Source of the DNA: an uncultured delta proteobacterium
GTDB taxonomy: Bacteria > Myxococcota_A > Polyangia > Polyangiales > Polyangiaceae
Assembly (NCBI GenBank): GCA_963850305.1
Contig: CAWKKR010000008.1
Location: forward strand, 992,001-1,056,000
Direction: 5' to 3'
Length of the DNA stretch: 64,000 nucleotides
Of this stretch, positions 53,913 through 64,000 are shown piece by piece. The notes beneath the pieces are model-generated. The model saw only the letters and a program-made list of their open reading frames with translations. It was not told where the DNA came from and did not search any database. How positions within the stretch are numbered: position 1 is the first letter of the stretch; the number at the start of each line of letters is the position of its first letter. The position numbers and the translations under genes were made by a program.

Positions 53913-54611
53913 CTAGAGTCCACCACTGGCCTCCGTCCCGCCGCCATCCAGCACCGCGATCGCCCCAGCCGCGGCGGCGCGCTCCGCAAGTCGCTTCGAC
54001 CGGCCACGACCTTCAGCCAGCGCGACCCCCGCTACCCGCACGGCGACGACGAACCACGGGTCGTGCGAAGAGCCGCCGCTCTCGAGCACCTCGTACGTCG
54101 GCGTCGCCTTTCCCTCGCGCTGCACGCGCTCTTGCAGCTCGCTCTTCGGATCGCGGCCCGAGCCGGCGTCGATCTCCGATAACGCCTTTGCCAGGATGGT
54201 ATTGCAAGCCGAACGGGCGCCGTCGAGCCCACGTTCGAGATATGCGACCGCGACGAGAGCTTCCACGAGGTCGGACAACACGTTCGTGCCGTCGCGTAGC
54301 CCGCTCGCGTCGGCCCCGCGGCCCAGGCGGAGCGCGGCACCGATTCCATTCTCGCGGGCCCAACCGGCGAGGGCATCCGCGTTGACCATCTGCGCGCGCA
54401 TCCGGGTGAGCGACCCTTCGTCGGAGTCGGGAAAGCGCTCGTAGAGGATTTCCGTCGCGCACAATCCGAGCACGGCATCCCCCAAAAATTCGAGTCGCTG
54501 ATAATGCCTCGAGTCCTTGGTCTCGTTTGCGTAGCTCGGGTGCGTCAGCGCCACCTCGAGGACCGCGGAGGCCGCGGAGACTCCGAACAGCTCGGCAATC
54601 CGGTCAATCAT
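53913..54611 (-). CDS. rnc: Ribonuclease III
   Basis: ALTHPSY, QRLEFLGDAVL, dsRBD DPKSELQE...G.GRSK..AE. Confidence 0.95.
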   Translation of the reverse strand: MIDRIAELFGVSAASAVLEVALTHPSYANETKDSRHYQRLEFLGDAVLGLCATEILYERFPDSDEGSLTRMRAQMVNADALAGWARENGIGAALRLGRGADASGLRDGTNVLSDLVEALVAVAYLERGLDGARSACNTILAKALSEIDAGSGRDPKSELQERVQREGKATPTYEVLESGGSSHDPWFVVAVRVAGVALAEGRGRSKRLAERAAAAGAIAVLDGGGTEASGGL

Positions 54612-54747
54612 CCCCACCGAGTATGCAAGCGTCTCCGGCCTCCAGACAGCCACTTTCGCTTCGGCGGGCAGGGTTCTTCGGAAAGGCCCAGCGGCCTCAC
54701 GGGTTCGCGTTCCGGCGCTGCGCGAAGTAGGCTGCTTTGCCGTCCGA

Positions 54748-55416
54748 ATGTCGCTCGTGGGATGCCCGTTCTGCGAAGAGCTCTTCCCCGAGGGTGAGAG
54801 GGACACGTGCCCGGTGTGCGGCGTCTCGCTCCAGCCGATGGAGAAGCTGCCGCCATCGTACGAAGCCCGGGTGGCCCAGGCGGCGGAACTCGCCGCGACG
54901 CCGCCGGAGGACCGGCGGCTTCCCTGGTATTATTTCAGGCGCGGACGAGGAGCGCTGGCCCTCGTGGCAACCCTCGGACTCGTCGCGTTCTTTTCGCCGT
55001 GGGTGGTGATGAAGATGCCCGAGGACACGGTGCTCAGCGGGTATCACCTGGCGCGCGCGAAGGGCTCGTGGTTTTTCGGTGAGGCCATAGGCTGGTTCGT
55101 GATGTTGCCGCTCGTGCTGTCGCGGCGCACCGTCTACAAGATGCGCGGCGTTCGCATCGTGACGACGATGTTCGCGGCGCTCTCGGTCGTGGAGTGTGCG
55201 CAGCTGCTCCTCAATCCGCCGCACGGAAATCGGTTCCTGCCTTTGCGGTTCGAGTGGGGCTGGGGCATCTACGCGAGCCTGGCCCTCGGTGTCGTCGGAA
55301 TGGTCCTCGGAGCGACGTTCGGCGGACGCATCGATGACATAGACGCGCGCGAACTCCAGCGGGAGCGCGAACCGGATCTCTCGCCCGACGCCAGCGACGA
55401 GCGCACGCTTCACTGA
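54748..55416 (+). CDS. Zn-ribbon membrane protein
   Basis: CPFC...CPVC plus about 4 TM helices. Confidence 0.7.
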   Translation: MSLVGCPFCEELFPEGERDTCPVCGVSLQPMEKLPPSYEARVAQAAELAATPPEDRRLPWYYFRRGRGALALVATLGLVAFFSPWVVMKMPEDTVLSGYHLARAKGSWFFGEAIGWFVMLPLVLSRRTVYKMRGVRIVTTMFAALSVVECAQLLLNPPHGNRFLPLRFEWGWGIYASLALGVVGMVLGATFGGRIDDIDARELQREREPDLSPDASDERTLH

Positions 55417-55449
55417 CCGGTCACGCCGCAACGGCGCCGACCCGGGACG

Positions 55450-56676
55450 TCAGAAATTCGCACCGAGCTGGAGCACCAGACTCCACTGTCGCGGAACGCC
55501 AGAGAGGACATCCGAGTCGGTCATGACCTTGACGACGCGGTTGCCCTTGGCATCGACTGCTGGAACGTTGATGGATCCGCCGCCAACCTGGGCGTCCGAG
55601 GGATCGACGATGTCGGTGATGAACTCCATCCCGAACGACACCATTTCGTACCGGTAATCGAGCCCGAACATCATGCGCTGGCGCTCGAGGCGCGCCGAGC
55701 TGAAGACGATGTTGTTGTTGAAATCGAGCGGCGAGCCCCCGGCGCAGACCGGCTGCCCGTCATACGCGGCGCGGCTTGGGTCCTTGTTCCCAGGGACGTT
55801 CGGGCCCGACGACTGGCAGTACCCTACCGGATCGGTGGCGGGTGTCGTGTCGATGAGACCCGAGTCCCCGAAGATCCAGAGGTACTGATAGCCGATCCAC
55901 GGGGTCAGGACGGACTGGCTCGCAAGTGCAAGCGGCTTCGAGATCTGCACATCGAGCCCGACCGTCGTCAGCTGAAACTCGGGCGTGCCAGTGATTGTGC
56001 GCACTCCCCCACCGACCGCCACGTCCGGGAGGATCCCGAGAAACCCCGTCCGGAAACCTTCGAGAAGCGCGAGGCGAACATCCGCGCCGCCGGTGAGAAT
56101 CGTCGAGCTCGGCACGTAGCCAACCTCGGTCCCAATCTCGAGACCGAAACCAAAGCTCTTTCGGATGTGGAGTGCGTACGACTGGATGATCCCGGGTGGG
56201 CTCGAGTTGTAGACCGAAGCACCGTTGGTGGACGGGTCGCGCGGTCCTTGCGTTCCAAGCTTCCAGTAATCCGCGCCGTCGTCGATTTTCGTGTAGACGG
56301 CCTCGGCGGAAAACTGGAAACCCCCGAGCCCGGTGGTTCGCGCGGCGTGCATCGCGGTGGGCGCGAGTGCGAACCCCCACTGGTTGATCAGCCTCTTGAA
56401 GGAGACTTCATCGGGGAAGCACGAGTCATGGCCTGTCGCTGCGGTGTATGCAGCGCGATCGGCCGGGTTGGTGTTGTACTGCCCGACTGAGCGCCCCTCG
56501 GCGTTTGCGAGGTAGTCGGCGTTGGTGCCGGAGGTCAGCCCGGTGGTGTTGCACCGATGGTCGAGCACGAGCCGGCCGAGCGCCGGGTTCAACTCCTCGG
56601 ACGCGGACGCCACTGCCGGCACGAGCAGCAAGCCGACCGCGGCACCGAGACCCAGCAGATGGAAAGGCTTGACCAC
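55450..56676 (-). CDS. Putative outer-membrane beta-barrel protein
   Basis: Signal peptide, amphipathic strands, C-terminal Phe. Confidence 0.65.
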   Translation of the reverse strand: MVKPFHLLGLGAAVGLLLVPAVASASEELNPALGRLVLDHRCNTTGLTSGTNADYLANAEGRSVGQYNTNPADRAAYTAATGHDSCFPDEVSFKRLINQWGFALAPTAMHAARTTGLGGFQFSAEAVYTKIDDGADYWKLGTQGPRDPSTNGASVYNSSPPGIIQSYALHIRKSFGFGLEIGTEVGYVPSSTILTGGADVRLALLEGFRTGFLGILPDVAVGGGVRTITGTPEFQLTTVGLDVQISKPLALASQSVLTPWIGYQYLWIFGDSGLIDTTPATDPVGYCQSSGPNVPGNKDPSRAAYDGQPVCAGGSPLDFNNNIVFSSARLERQRMMFGLDYRYEMVSFGMEFITDIVDPSDAQVGGGSINVPAVDAKGNRVVKVMTDSDVLSGVPRQWSLVLQLGANF

Positions 56677-56855
56677 GGTTGACTCCGCCAGGTCGAAGGT
56701 ACTTTCGCCGTGGGAGGGCCGTCAAGCACGCGAAATTCCAGGCACGAGGGGACCATCCGCCCAGTAGGTTCGGTTCCGCGCCCTCGGCACCGCGGCGGAT
56801 GGCCTCTCAATGCCCCCTGAATCGCCCCAGCCCCGATAATCTAGGCACGGCGACC

Positions 56856-57407
56856 ATGCCGTTGACCCCGGAACCCGTCTTGCCCAATCGCCTGCGGGCG
56901 CGTCCACGCTTGCGACCGTTCCACGTCGTCCTGGTGGAGCCGGAGATCCCGCCCAACACGGGGAACGTGGCACGGCTCTGTGCGGCGACCTGCTGTCCGT
57001 TGCACCTCGTCGGGCGCCTCGGGTTCTCGATCGACGCGCACGCCGTCCGCCGCGCCGGCCTTGACTATTGGCCGCTGGTCGATTTGAGAACCCACCGCGA
57101 CCTGGTCGTCGCCGAGGCGTCCATCGGCGAGCTCAACGGCCAGGGCGCGAGTCAAACGTGGCTGTTCAGCGGCAAAGCGCGCAAGAGCTATCTCGACGTG
57201 CAGTTTCGCGAAGGAGACGCCCTGGTCTTCGGAAAGGAGAGCGTCGGGCTCGACGAGGGACTGCTCGCGGCTCGAAGCGACACCGTCCTCGGGATTCCGA
57301 CCCTTGGAGAGGTGCGTTCGCTCAATCTGGCAAACTCGGTGGCCATAGCGCTGTACGAAGCACTCCGGCAGGTCGGGGCGCTCGCTGTCGATGACACCCG
57401 GAGCTGA
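56856..57407 (+). CDS. trmL: tRNA (cytidine/uridine-34 2'-O)-methyltransferase
   Basis: VLVEPEIPPNTGN.ARLC, RRAGLDYW, FGKES.GL, RSLNLAN. Confidence 0.92.
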   Translation: MPLTPEPVLPNRLRARPRLRPFHVVLVEPEIPPNTGNVARLCAATCCPLHLVGRLGFSIDAHAVRRAGLDYWPLVDLRTHRDLVVAEASIGELNGQGASQTWLFSGKARKSYLDVQFREGDALVFGKESVGLDEGLLAARSDTVLGIPTLGEVRSLNLANSVAIALYEALRQVGALAVDDTRS

Positions 57408-57409
57408 TC

Positions 57410-58921
57410 TCAACGCACGTGCAAGGTCGGCACGGCACGTGTGAACTCGGCGTGCACCGCGACGTTCTGTGCAGGCTTCGCGTCGATGTTCGCGGAAAGG
57501 TGTTCGCCGAGCTCCGCGTTCACCAGCGTCACCAGGTGACGCCCCGCGGGTCTGCGGACCGCGCGAAGCGGGGTTTCGCCCTGCGATGCGCCGTCGATGA
57601 CGACTCTCGCGGGCAAATCCGACGTGAAAGTGAACGTGGCGCCCTCCGGCTTCTCCTCCTCTACGGCGGGCGCCGGGGTCGCAGCTGGCACCGGTTCTTC
57701 CCGGGTGGGGGTTCGAGAAGTGCTTGCGCGAGGCGCGATGGCCGCCGGCACGGGCACGGCCGGGGCCGCGCTCGATGGCGGAGTCCGCCGCCTCGGCGCG
57801 CGCGGACGCGTCACGAATGCCACGACGGCAGCGACGGCGAGGAGCACGGCCACGAGAGTCACCGCGATGCGAGCCGGGGCTTTGCGGGCGTGCACGCGCT
57901 CCGGCGGTGCCGACGGCGCGCGGGTCCACTCGACGACCTCGTCCCGCGACGCGAAGGTTTCGGTTTGCGTGAGCCGGCGAGTGGCCGGCGTTTTCTCGCG
58001 CGGCGTGCCGTCCGCCGTCGGCGTCGCATCGAGGCGGCCCACCTCTTCCGAACGTGCCCGACGAACTCGTTCGCCCAGTCGGCGCGCGAGGTCGCCCGAA
58101 TCCGCGGCGCGAATGAAATCGCGAAGGGGCCGCGCGAGCTCTTCTGCGGTCTGCGGACGTTCCCCCGCATCGAACGCCACCGAGCGCGCGATGAGGTCGT
58201 CGAGCGACGACAGGTGCGTGTCGTATTCCGCGAGCGGACGCGGAAGGAGAGCGAGCGCCGCCTCGCTTTCCGTACGGGTTGGTCGCCGGAAGGGTGGCAT
58301 TCCGGTCCAAGCTTCGATGAGCAACGCAGCCACGGCGAAGACGTCGGTCGCAGCCGTGAGGCGGCCACCGCGGACCTGTTCGATCGGCATGTGACCCGGG
58401 GAGCCGTACACGCGCTCGCGAGGCGCTCCGTCCACGGAAACGGGCGCGGCGATGCCAAAATCGATGAGGCGTACCGCTCCTTCCTCGTCGATCAACACGT
58501 TGCGCGGGGTCACGTCGCGATGAACGATCTCGGCGCGACGGTGGGCGTAGTCGAGCGCCCGGCAGATCTCCGCACCGAGATAAGCCCCCTCTTCGGCCGA
58601 CACGGGACCGCCCGCCTGCAAGAGCTCCGACAGGGTCACGCCAACCGCGAGCTCCATGGCGATGAAGTAGACGCCCTGCTCGACGCCCAGCTCATAGACC
58701 GGCACGATGTTGGGGTGGCTCAGCTCGACCGTGGTCTTCGCTTCCGCAACGAAGCGGGCGACGAAGACCTCGTCGGAAGCCAGCTCCGCGCGGATCTGCT
58801 TCACGACGAGCCGCTTTTCGAAACCGCCGGCTCCGCGGAGCGTCGCTAGGTACACGACGGCCATGCCCCCCGACGCAAGCTCACGCTCGAGAACGTATTT
58901 GCCGAAGACCTGGGGAAACAA
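57410..58921 (-). CDS. Ser/Thr protein kinase with TM helix and PEGA domain
   Basis: GGMA.VY, VVK, HRDVTPRN, DFG, D.FA; C-terminal G.TPL. Confidence 0.9.
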   Translation of the reverse strand: MFPQVFGKYVLERELASGGMAVVYLATLRGAGGFEKRLVVKQIRAELASDEVFVARFVAEAKTTVELSHPNIVPVYELGVEQGVYFIAMELAVGVTLSELLQAGGPVSAEEGAYLGAEICRALDYAHRRAEIVHRDVTPRNVLIDEEGAVRLIDFGIAAPVSVDGAPRERVYGSPGHMPIEQVRGGRLTAATDVFAVAALLIEAWTGMPPFRRPTRTESEAALALLPRPLAEYDTHLSSLDDLIARSVAFDAGERPQTAEELARPLRDFIRAADSGDLARRLGERVRRARSEEVGRLDATPTADGTPREKTPATRRLTQTETFASRDEVVEWTRAPSAPPERVHARKAPARIAVTLVAVLLAVAAVVAFVTRPRAPRRRTPPSSAAPAVPVPAAIAPRASTSRTPTREEPVPAATPAPAVEEEKPEGATFTFTSDLPARVVIDGASQGETPLRAVRRPAGRHLVTLVNAELGEHLSANIDAKPAQNVAVHAEFTRAVPTLHVR

Positions 58922-60788
58922 TGTCGCGGCTCATGGTACCGTTCTCCTTGCCGCGTTGCTTGGTTGCGCGTGCACGACCGTGCCGGGTGCGGAGCGAACC
59001 CACCCCGTTCGCGCGCACTTTCTTCCGGCTTGCGCGCCGGCAAAGACCTCGGGATCGACCGAGTTCGATATAGAGGCGCTCGGCGACTTCGACCCGTCCG
59101 CAGACACGGGCGAGGTCCTGTCGGAATCGGACGGCAGCCAGAAGCTGGTCGTGCCGGGCACGACGCGCGCCGTCGTGGTGACCGCCACCGACGGATTCTC
59201 GAATTTCGAGGGGTCCGCGGCGGCCGGTGTGGACGGTTCAATCGACGTGTCGCTCTGGCCGCAGGGAACCAGCTGCGATCTCGAGCCTGGGGGCCGCCTA
59301 CCCGGGTTCCGCGGGCGGTCAGGCCATCGGTGTCGCCCCCGATGGTCGCACACTCCTCGTTGCAGGCGGCGAGGGCGAAAATGAGATCGCGACCGCCGCG
59401 CTCGCCGTGGACTTCGAAACGGGAACCGTCGCGGCCGTGTCTTCGGACGATGGTCTACGCAAGCGGCGTTCGGGGGCAACCGTCACGCCCTTCGGGGCGG
59501 ACCTCCTGGTCGCGGGCGGGGTCGATCCAGAGGACGGCACGGCGCTCGACTCTGCCGACGTCTTCGATCCGGAGGCGCGCAGCTTCGCGCCGGATCTCGT
59601 GATGCTCGAGTCGCCGCGCTCGCACCACGCCGCCGTCGTCCTCGATTCCGGCGAAACCCTCCTCGTCGGGGGTACGGACGGGAGCGGTCGTGCGCTTCGG
59701 ACCCTCGAAGCGATCTCCCCGTCTCGCGGGAATACCGCATCAGCAACCTGGCTGACCTCGCGACCCAGCGAGTGGACGGCGTCGCGCTCCGCCTCTCGGA
59801 CGGCAGGATCCTGGTGGCTTCCGGAACCGACGAAAGCGGCGCACCGCTGCAGACTCTCGAACTCCTTTCCGCCGACGCATCGACGGACCAACCTCTACCG
59901 AGCCTTGCGAGCGAGGGAGATCCCGACGCCTTCGTGGTCGGACGAGCATTCGCAGCGATGCCCGGCGGCGGCGCGCTCGCGGTCGGTGGCTGTCGCGACG
60001 CGAACGCGTCGGCACCGGCGTGCGCTGCGCCATCGCCGAGCGTTCGCTGGATCACGCCTGAAGGAACCGTCGACTCGCTCCCCGATCTGGACGACGTCGT
60101 GGCCGCGTGGCCCACCCTGATTGCGGGTGAAGAGGGGCGCCCATGGCTCGCCGCGACCTCCGCAGCCGACGGTTCGCCCGTGCTGCGGCGTTTCGACCCC
60201 TGGAGTGGTCGCTTCGTCACGGACGATGCGCCCACCCCGCCGTCCGTCGCGACGAACGCCAGGTATTTCTCCATCGACGACGGCCTGTTCGCGTGGTTCG
60301 CGACCGACCCGACGGCGGGCGTCTCTCTCTCCGGGTTTCGTCACGGTACTCGCGGGCCGTACGTCGACGCGGTCACGCCCCTCCTGCAGACGACGACGGA
60401 CGGCATTTCGCCCGATCGTGCTCTGGGCACGGTCGTGTCGCGAGATCCCGCCACCGGCACGGTCACGCTCGCGCCACCCGGCGCGCTGGTCATCACCGAC
60501 GCGACCTACGCCGACGTGCATCTCGTCATCGGCGTGACCGCCGGCGCCCCGCCCTTGATTCGACTCGACCAGGGCGTCTTTGGTTCCGGCGCGTGCGCGT
60601 GGCCGGTCACGCCCGCACCACCGTTCGACGCCGATTTTCTGCGTTCGAACACGACCGTGACCCTGTCGCTAGCGGGTCGAAGTCGCTCCTGCGGCACCAC
60701 GAGCGGGAGGACGGCCGTCTCGATCGCCCCGAACGGCGACTCCATCGCGCTGAAGTCCGTCACCGTCACCCGCGACATCCCGCGGTAA
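58921..60788 (+). pseudogene. Kelch-repeat secreted protein split over three frames
   Basis: Kelch units (R.GATVT....LVAGG, PRSHHAAV.L.SG..LLVGG, L.DGRILVA.G); frame switches in G-runs near 59290 and 59729. Confidence 0.65.
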
Positions 60789-60809
60789 CCGCCGTCGGCG
60801 CGACTGGCC

Positions 60810-62540
60810 TCAGCGCTTGAACAGCTTGCCGAAGATCTGACCGATGTCGCCATCTCGCTTGTTCTTGCCGTCGCTCTTCACACCGCGTGGCGTCGCTCGC
60901 GACGGGTCGGTCGTCGATTTGCCGTTACGCATCTCGTAGAGACGTACCTCGCGCGCCGCTTCGACGTGGCGCGCGTCCTGTTCGACGATCGAACGGTACT
61001 CCTTGTGCGCCCCCGCGGCGTCGCCCGAACGCTTGAGAACTCGCGCCCGATAGTTGCGGACGCGGATGTTCTCCGGCTCGCGCTTGCGGGCTTCGTTGAC
61101 CATCTTCAACACGTCCGCGTAATTCCCCGACTGCTGCCGCTCCGGAGCTTGTGAGAGGAGATCCGCATAGAGCGCCAGATACTCGGCCTGCTCCGGGTCG
61201 CCCTCCACCGCCAGGGCCGCTTGCTTGACGGCCTCGTCGGCGTTGCCGCGGCGCAGCAGCACCTCGGCTTTCTGAAACGACGTTGCCGCGCGCAGCACCT
61301 TCTGGACGACCTCCTGATCATCCGAAGAGGCGCTACCTTCGCGCATCAATCGGTCGTACTCCTGACGCTGCTCGTCGTTCGACAGGACCTGGTGAGCCTC
61401 CGACATGCGCGCAAAAACCCTGATCGACAGGTCACGAAGATCGGAGAGCTCGCCGGGGAATCGATCCGGGTGCCATCGCTTCGCGAGCTGGAAAAACACC
61501 GACTGAACCACGGTACTCGGCGCGCCCGGATCGATGCCCAGGATCTGGTAATAGTTCTGGGCGCCCATCGTCTGGTTTCGTTCCTGAATCTCTTTGCGGA
61601 ATGCCTCCAGGCCTTCGGTTTGCCGGGTGGATGCCAGCAGCGCCGCCTCCGGAGGACGCGGCACGGTTGCTTTGAGTGCCGTCCCCGCCGTCGGCTGCGC
61701 GGGCGACGGCACGTTCGCGGCCGGTGCCGGCGGATTCACCGCCGCCACCGCGGGCGCGGGCGCAACCTCCGGTCCCGCGACACCGCCGATCCCGACCGGC
61801 GTGGCGCCCCCGAGATCGAGGTGCCGCGTCACGACCAGCGCGTAGAGGATCTTCTTCGTCTGCAGCTCCGGCAACAGCTCGGAGGCCACGAGCTTCGGCA
61901 CCGACTGCGGCTTGGCGCGCAGCAAGTCCACGACGCCGCGCTCGCGGGCAGTGAATCCAAATCGTGCCACGCGCGAGTGCAGATGCAGGCGAACGTCACG
62001 GTCACCCAGCCGCGACAGGGTCGCGTTCACCTGGGCAGGGTCCGAGCTGAGCCTCACGGTTCGCCAGATCACCGCGAGCGGATCGATGACGCGAGCCTCG
62101 GCGCCACCGTAGCCCTTCAGGAAATCCTGGCCGTCGTAGTATCCATATAAACTCTCCGGACGCAGCGAGCAGAGCCACTCCACCTTGCGCGCCACCTGTT
62201 CGGCAAGCGCCTCCGTCACCACGTCCCTCTCGACGAAGCCTTCCTCGACGAGAACGTCCCCGTGCAGGCGTCTGGCGCCCTCTGCGGTCTGCCAGGTAGC
62301 AGCGGCGACCGCGGCATCGATCGCGCCCATACCGACGAGAATCTCCGAGAGAAGGGCCGCCGGCTCCGGCAGCTTCACCTTGACGGGCGCGCCGACGACC
62401 AAGCGGATAGCGCTCTTCAGATTCCGGTGATCTTCGATCACCAGCGTCCCGGTGAGCTCGCGATCCAGAGCGTAGACGAGCAGGTTGAGAACCGGCGTTC
62501 CCCCCAGCGTGCCGGTCGCCTGCGGCTGTTGAGCCACCAT
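60810..62540 (-). CDS. J-domain plus TPR protein (myxobacterial, DUF4388-like N-terminus)
   Basis: NYYQILG...F.LAKRWHPD...EAHQVLS....R.EYD; TPR helices. Confidence 0.85.
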   Translation of the reverse strand: MVAQQPQATGTLGGTPVLNLLVYALDRELTGTLVIEDHRNLKSAIRLVVGAPVKVKLPEPAALLSEILVGMGAIDAAVAAATWQTAEGARRLHGDVLVEEGFVERDVVTEALAEQVARKVEWLCSLRPESLYGYYDGQDFLKGYGGAEARVIDPLAVIWRTVRLSSDPAQVNATLSRLGDRDVRLHLHSRVARFGFTARERGVVDLLRAKPQSVPKLVASELLPELQTKKILYALVVTRHLDLGGATPVGIGGVAGPEVAPAPAVAAVNPPAPAANVPSPAQPTAGTALKATVPRPPEAALLASTRQTEGLEAFRKEIQERNQTMGAQNYYQILGIDPGAPSTVVQSVFFQLAKRWHPDRFPGELSDLRDLSIRVFARMSEAHQVLSNDEQRQEYDRLMREGSASSDDQEVVQKVLRAATSFQKAEVLLRRGNADEAVKQAALAVEGDPEQAEYLALYADLLSQAPERQQSGNYADVLKMVNEARKREPENIRVRNYRARVLKRSGDAAGAHKEYRSIVEQDARHVEAAREVRLYEMRNGKSTTDPSRATPRGVKSDGKNKRDGDIGQIFGKLFKR

Positions 62541-62591
62541 GAGAGTCTCGCGAGCGTAGCAGAGCCCAGGATCGGTGGTACCGTGTTCGTG

Positions 62592-63978
62592 GATGCAACG
62601 CGCGCCCCGCGGCCACCTTCTCGTCGTGGACGACGAGACGGCCATCCTGAACACGCTCAAGAAAGCCCTCTCGCTCGACGGTTACGACGTCGACGTGGCG
62701 GGCGGCGTCCGCCTCGCAGAAGAACGGATCCGTAGGGGGAACTACGACATCGTATTACTCGACGTTGCTCTCCCCGACGGCGACGGCGTGGAGCTACTCG
62801 ATCGTCTTCGGAAAAGCGGTAACGACGTCGCTGCGCTCATGATGAGCGGCCACGGAACCGTGGAGGCCGCCGTCCGGGCGACGAAGCTCGGCGCGCTTGA
62901 CTTCCTCGAGAAGCCCGTCTCGACCGATCGGCTTCTCCTCATCGTGGACAACGCCCTCCGCTTGCTCCGGGCCGAAGCGGAGGCCGCGTCCCTCAAACAG
63001 GCCGCGGGCTACTTCGACGAGCTTCTCGGCGAGAGCCCGGCGATGCGAGCCCTGCGCGACCAAGTCGTGCGTGCCGCGAAGTCCTCGGCCACCGTGCTGG
63101 TCACGGGGGAGCGAGGCACGGGCAAGGAACTCGTCGCGCGCGCCGTGCACCGCGCGTCGCCGCGAAGCCGAGGTCCGCTGGAAAAACTGAACTGCGCCGC
63201 CGTCCCCGCGGACCTCATCGAGAGCGAGTTGTTCGGACACGAACCGGGCGCCTTCACGGGTGCGACGAAGCTGCGTCGCGGAAAGTTCGAGCGCGCCACC
63301 GGGGGCACACTCTTTCTCGACGAGGTAGGCGACATGCCGCTGGCGATGCAGGCGAAGCTGCTCCGCGTCCTCCAGGAGTCGGAGGTGGAGCGCGTCGGCG
63401 GTAGCGACACCCTGAAAGTGGACGTGCGCGTCGTCGCCGCGACCAACAAGGATCTTCCGGAGGCGTGCAAGGCCGGCCAGTTCCGCGCCGACCTCTACGA
63501 CAGGCTGAACGTGCTCCCGCTCTCGCTGCCGCCGCTCCGCGCCCGGCGCGGCGACATCGCGCCGCTCGCACATGCGTTCGTTGCTCTCGCCGGCAAGGCC
63601 AACGACCGGCCCGCCATGCGGCTCACCGACGAGGCGGTCGCGAACCTCGAGCGTCAGAATTTCCCCGGCAACGTGCGCGAGCTGAAAAATCTCGTCGAGC
63701 GTCTCGTCATCCTGTCGCCTGCGGAGTCCATCACGGGACGCGACGTCGAGAAGGCGCTCGGCATGGGTGCGTCGCTCGACCACGCGGGGATCTATCGACC
63801 CGGCACACCGCTCCGCGTGCTCATGGAAGAAGCGGAACGCGCGATCATCGACGAGGCTCTGACGCATCACGGAGGCCAGATGACGGCCACCGCGCGCGCC
63901 CTCGATCTCGAACGCAGCCATCTCTACAAGAAAGCGCGCGCCCTCGGCCTCCGTGGGACCGGCTCGTCCGAAGACTGA
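62592..63978 (+). CDS. Sigma-54-dependent response regulator (NtrC family)
   Basis: Receiver VVDD..LLD..LPD, GERGTGKE, ESELFGHE.GAFTGA, FPGNVREL, Fis-type HTH. Confidence 0.95.
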
Positions 63979-64000
63979 AGCGATTTAGATTGGGCCGGTG

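Noticed and set aside
1..64000. Integron integrase gene
   Set aside because: No tyrosine-recombinase ORF (R..H..R/H..Y with the IntI patch) is recognisable. Cassette orientation places it left of the window, or it is absent (CALIN).

Overview
High-GC window whose gene content (CarD/CdnL, PEGA-domain Ser/Thr kinase, vWA and AgmX/TonB-C lipoproteins, J-domain/TPR protein, sigma-54 regulator) points to a myxobacterium (Polyangiales-like; inference). Bases 1 to ~11,240 are the distal end of an integron-type gene-cassette array with about 17 cassettes. It has 14 near-complete attC sites of 4-5 sequence families (one split by an IS, one chimeric) plus one half site. No integrase is in the window; it would lie to the left. 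About 8 cassettes are toxin-antitoxin-like pairs, 2-3 look like immunity proteins, and 2 belong to one homologous ORF-less family. The array is scarred by an end-less IS701 fragment and an IS110 remnant, both inside attC R' boxes, by short duplication footprints, and by deletions ending at attC L' boxes. It ends in a truncated Sir2 cassette and IS91-like debris. Next comes a DUF2760 + Hsp70 + Hsp70(DUF3731-like) operon, in which DUF2760 may be GrpE-like. The rest is largely core chromosome: prc, c-di-GMP enzymes, tRNA-Ser(TGA), purC, coaD, ppx, carD, rnc, trmL, an orphan FliH/SctL, an orphan DNA methyltransferase, a histone-like peptide and a 128-129 bp tandem hairpin repeat. Family names come from motif recognition by eye, not database searches. 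Several single-base frameshifts in base runs suggest some sequencing indel error.
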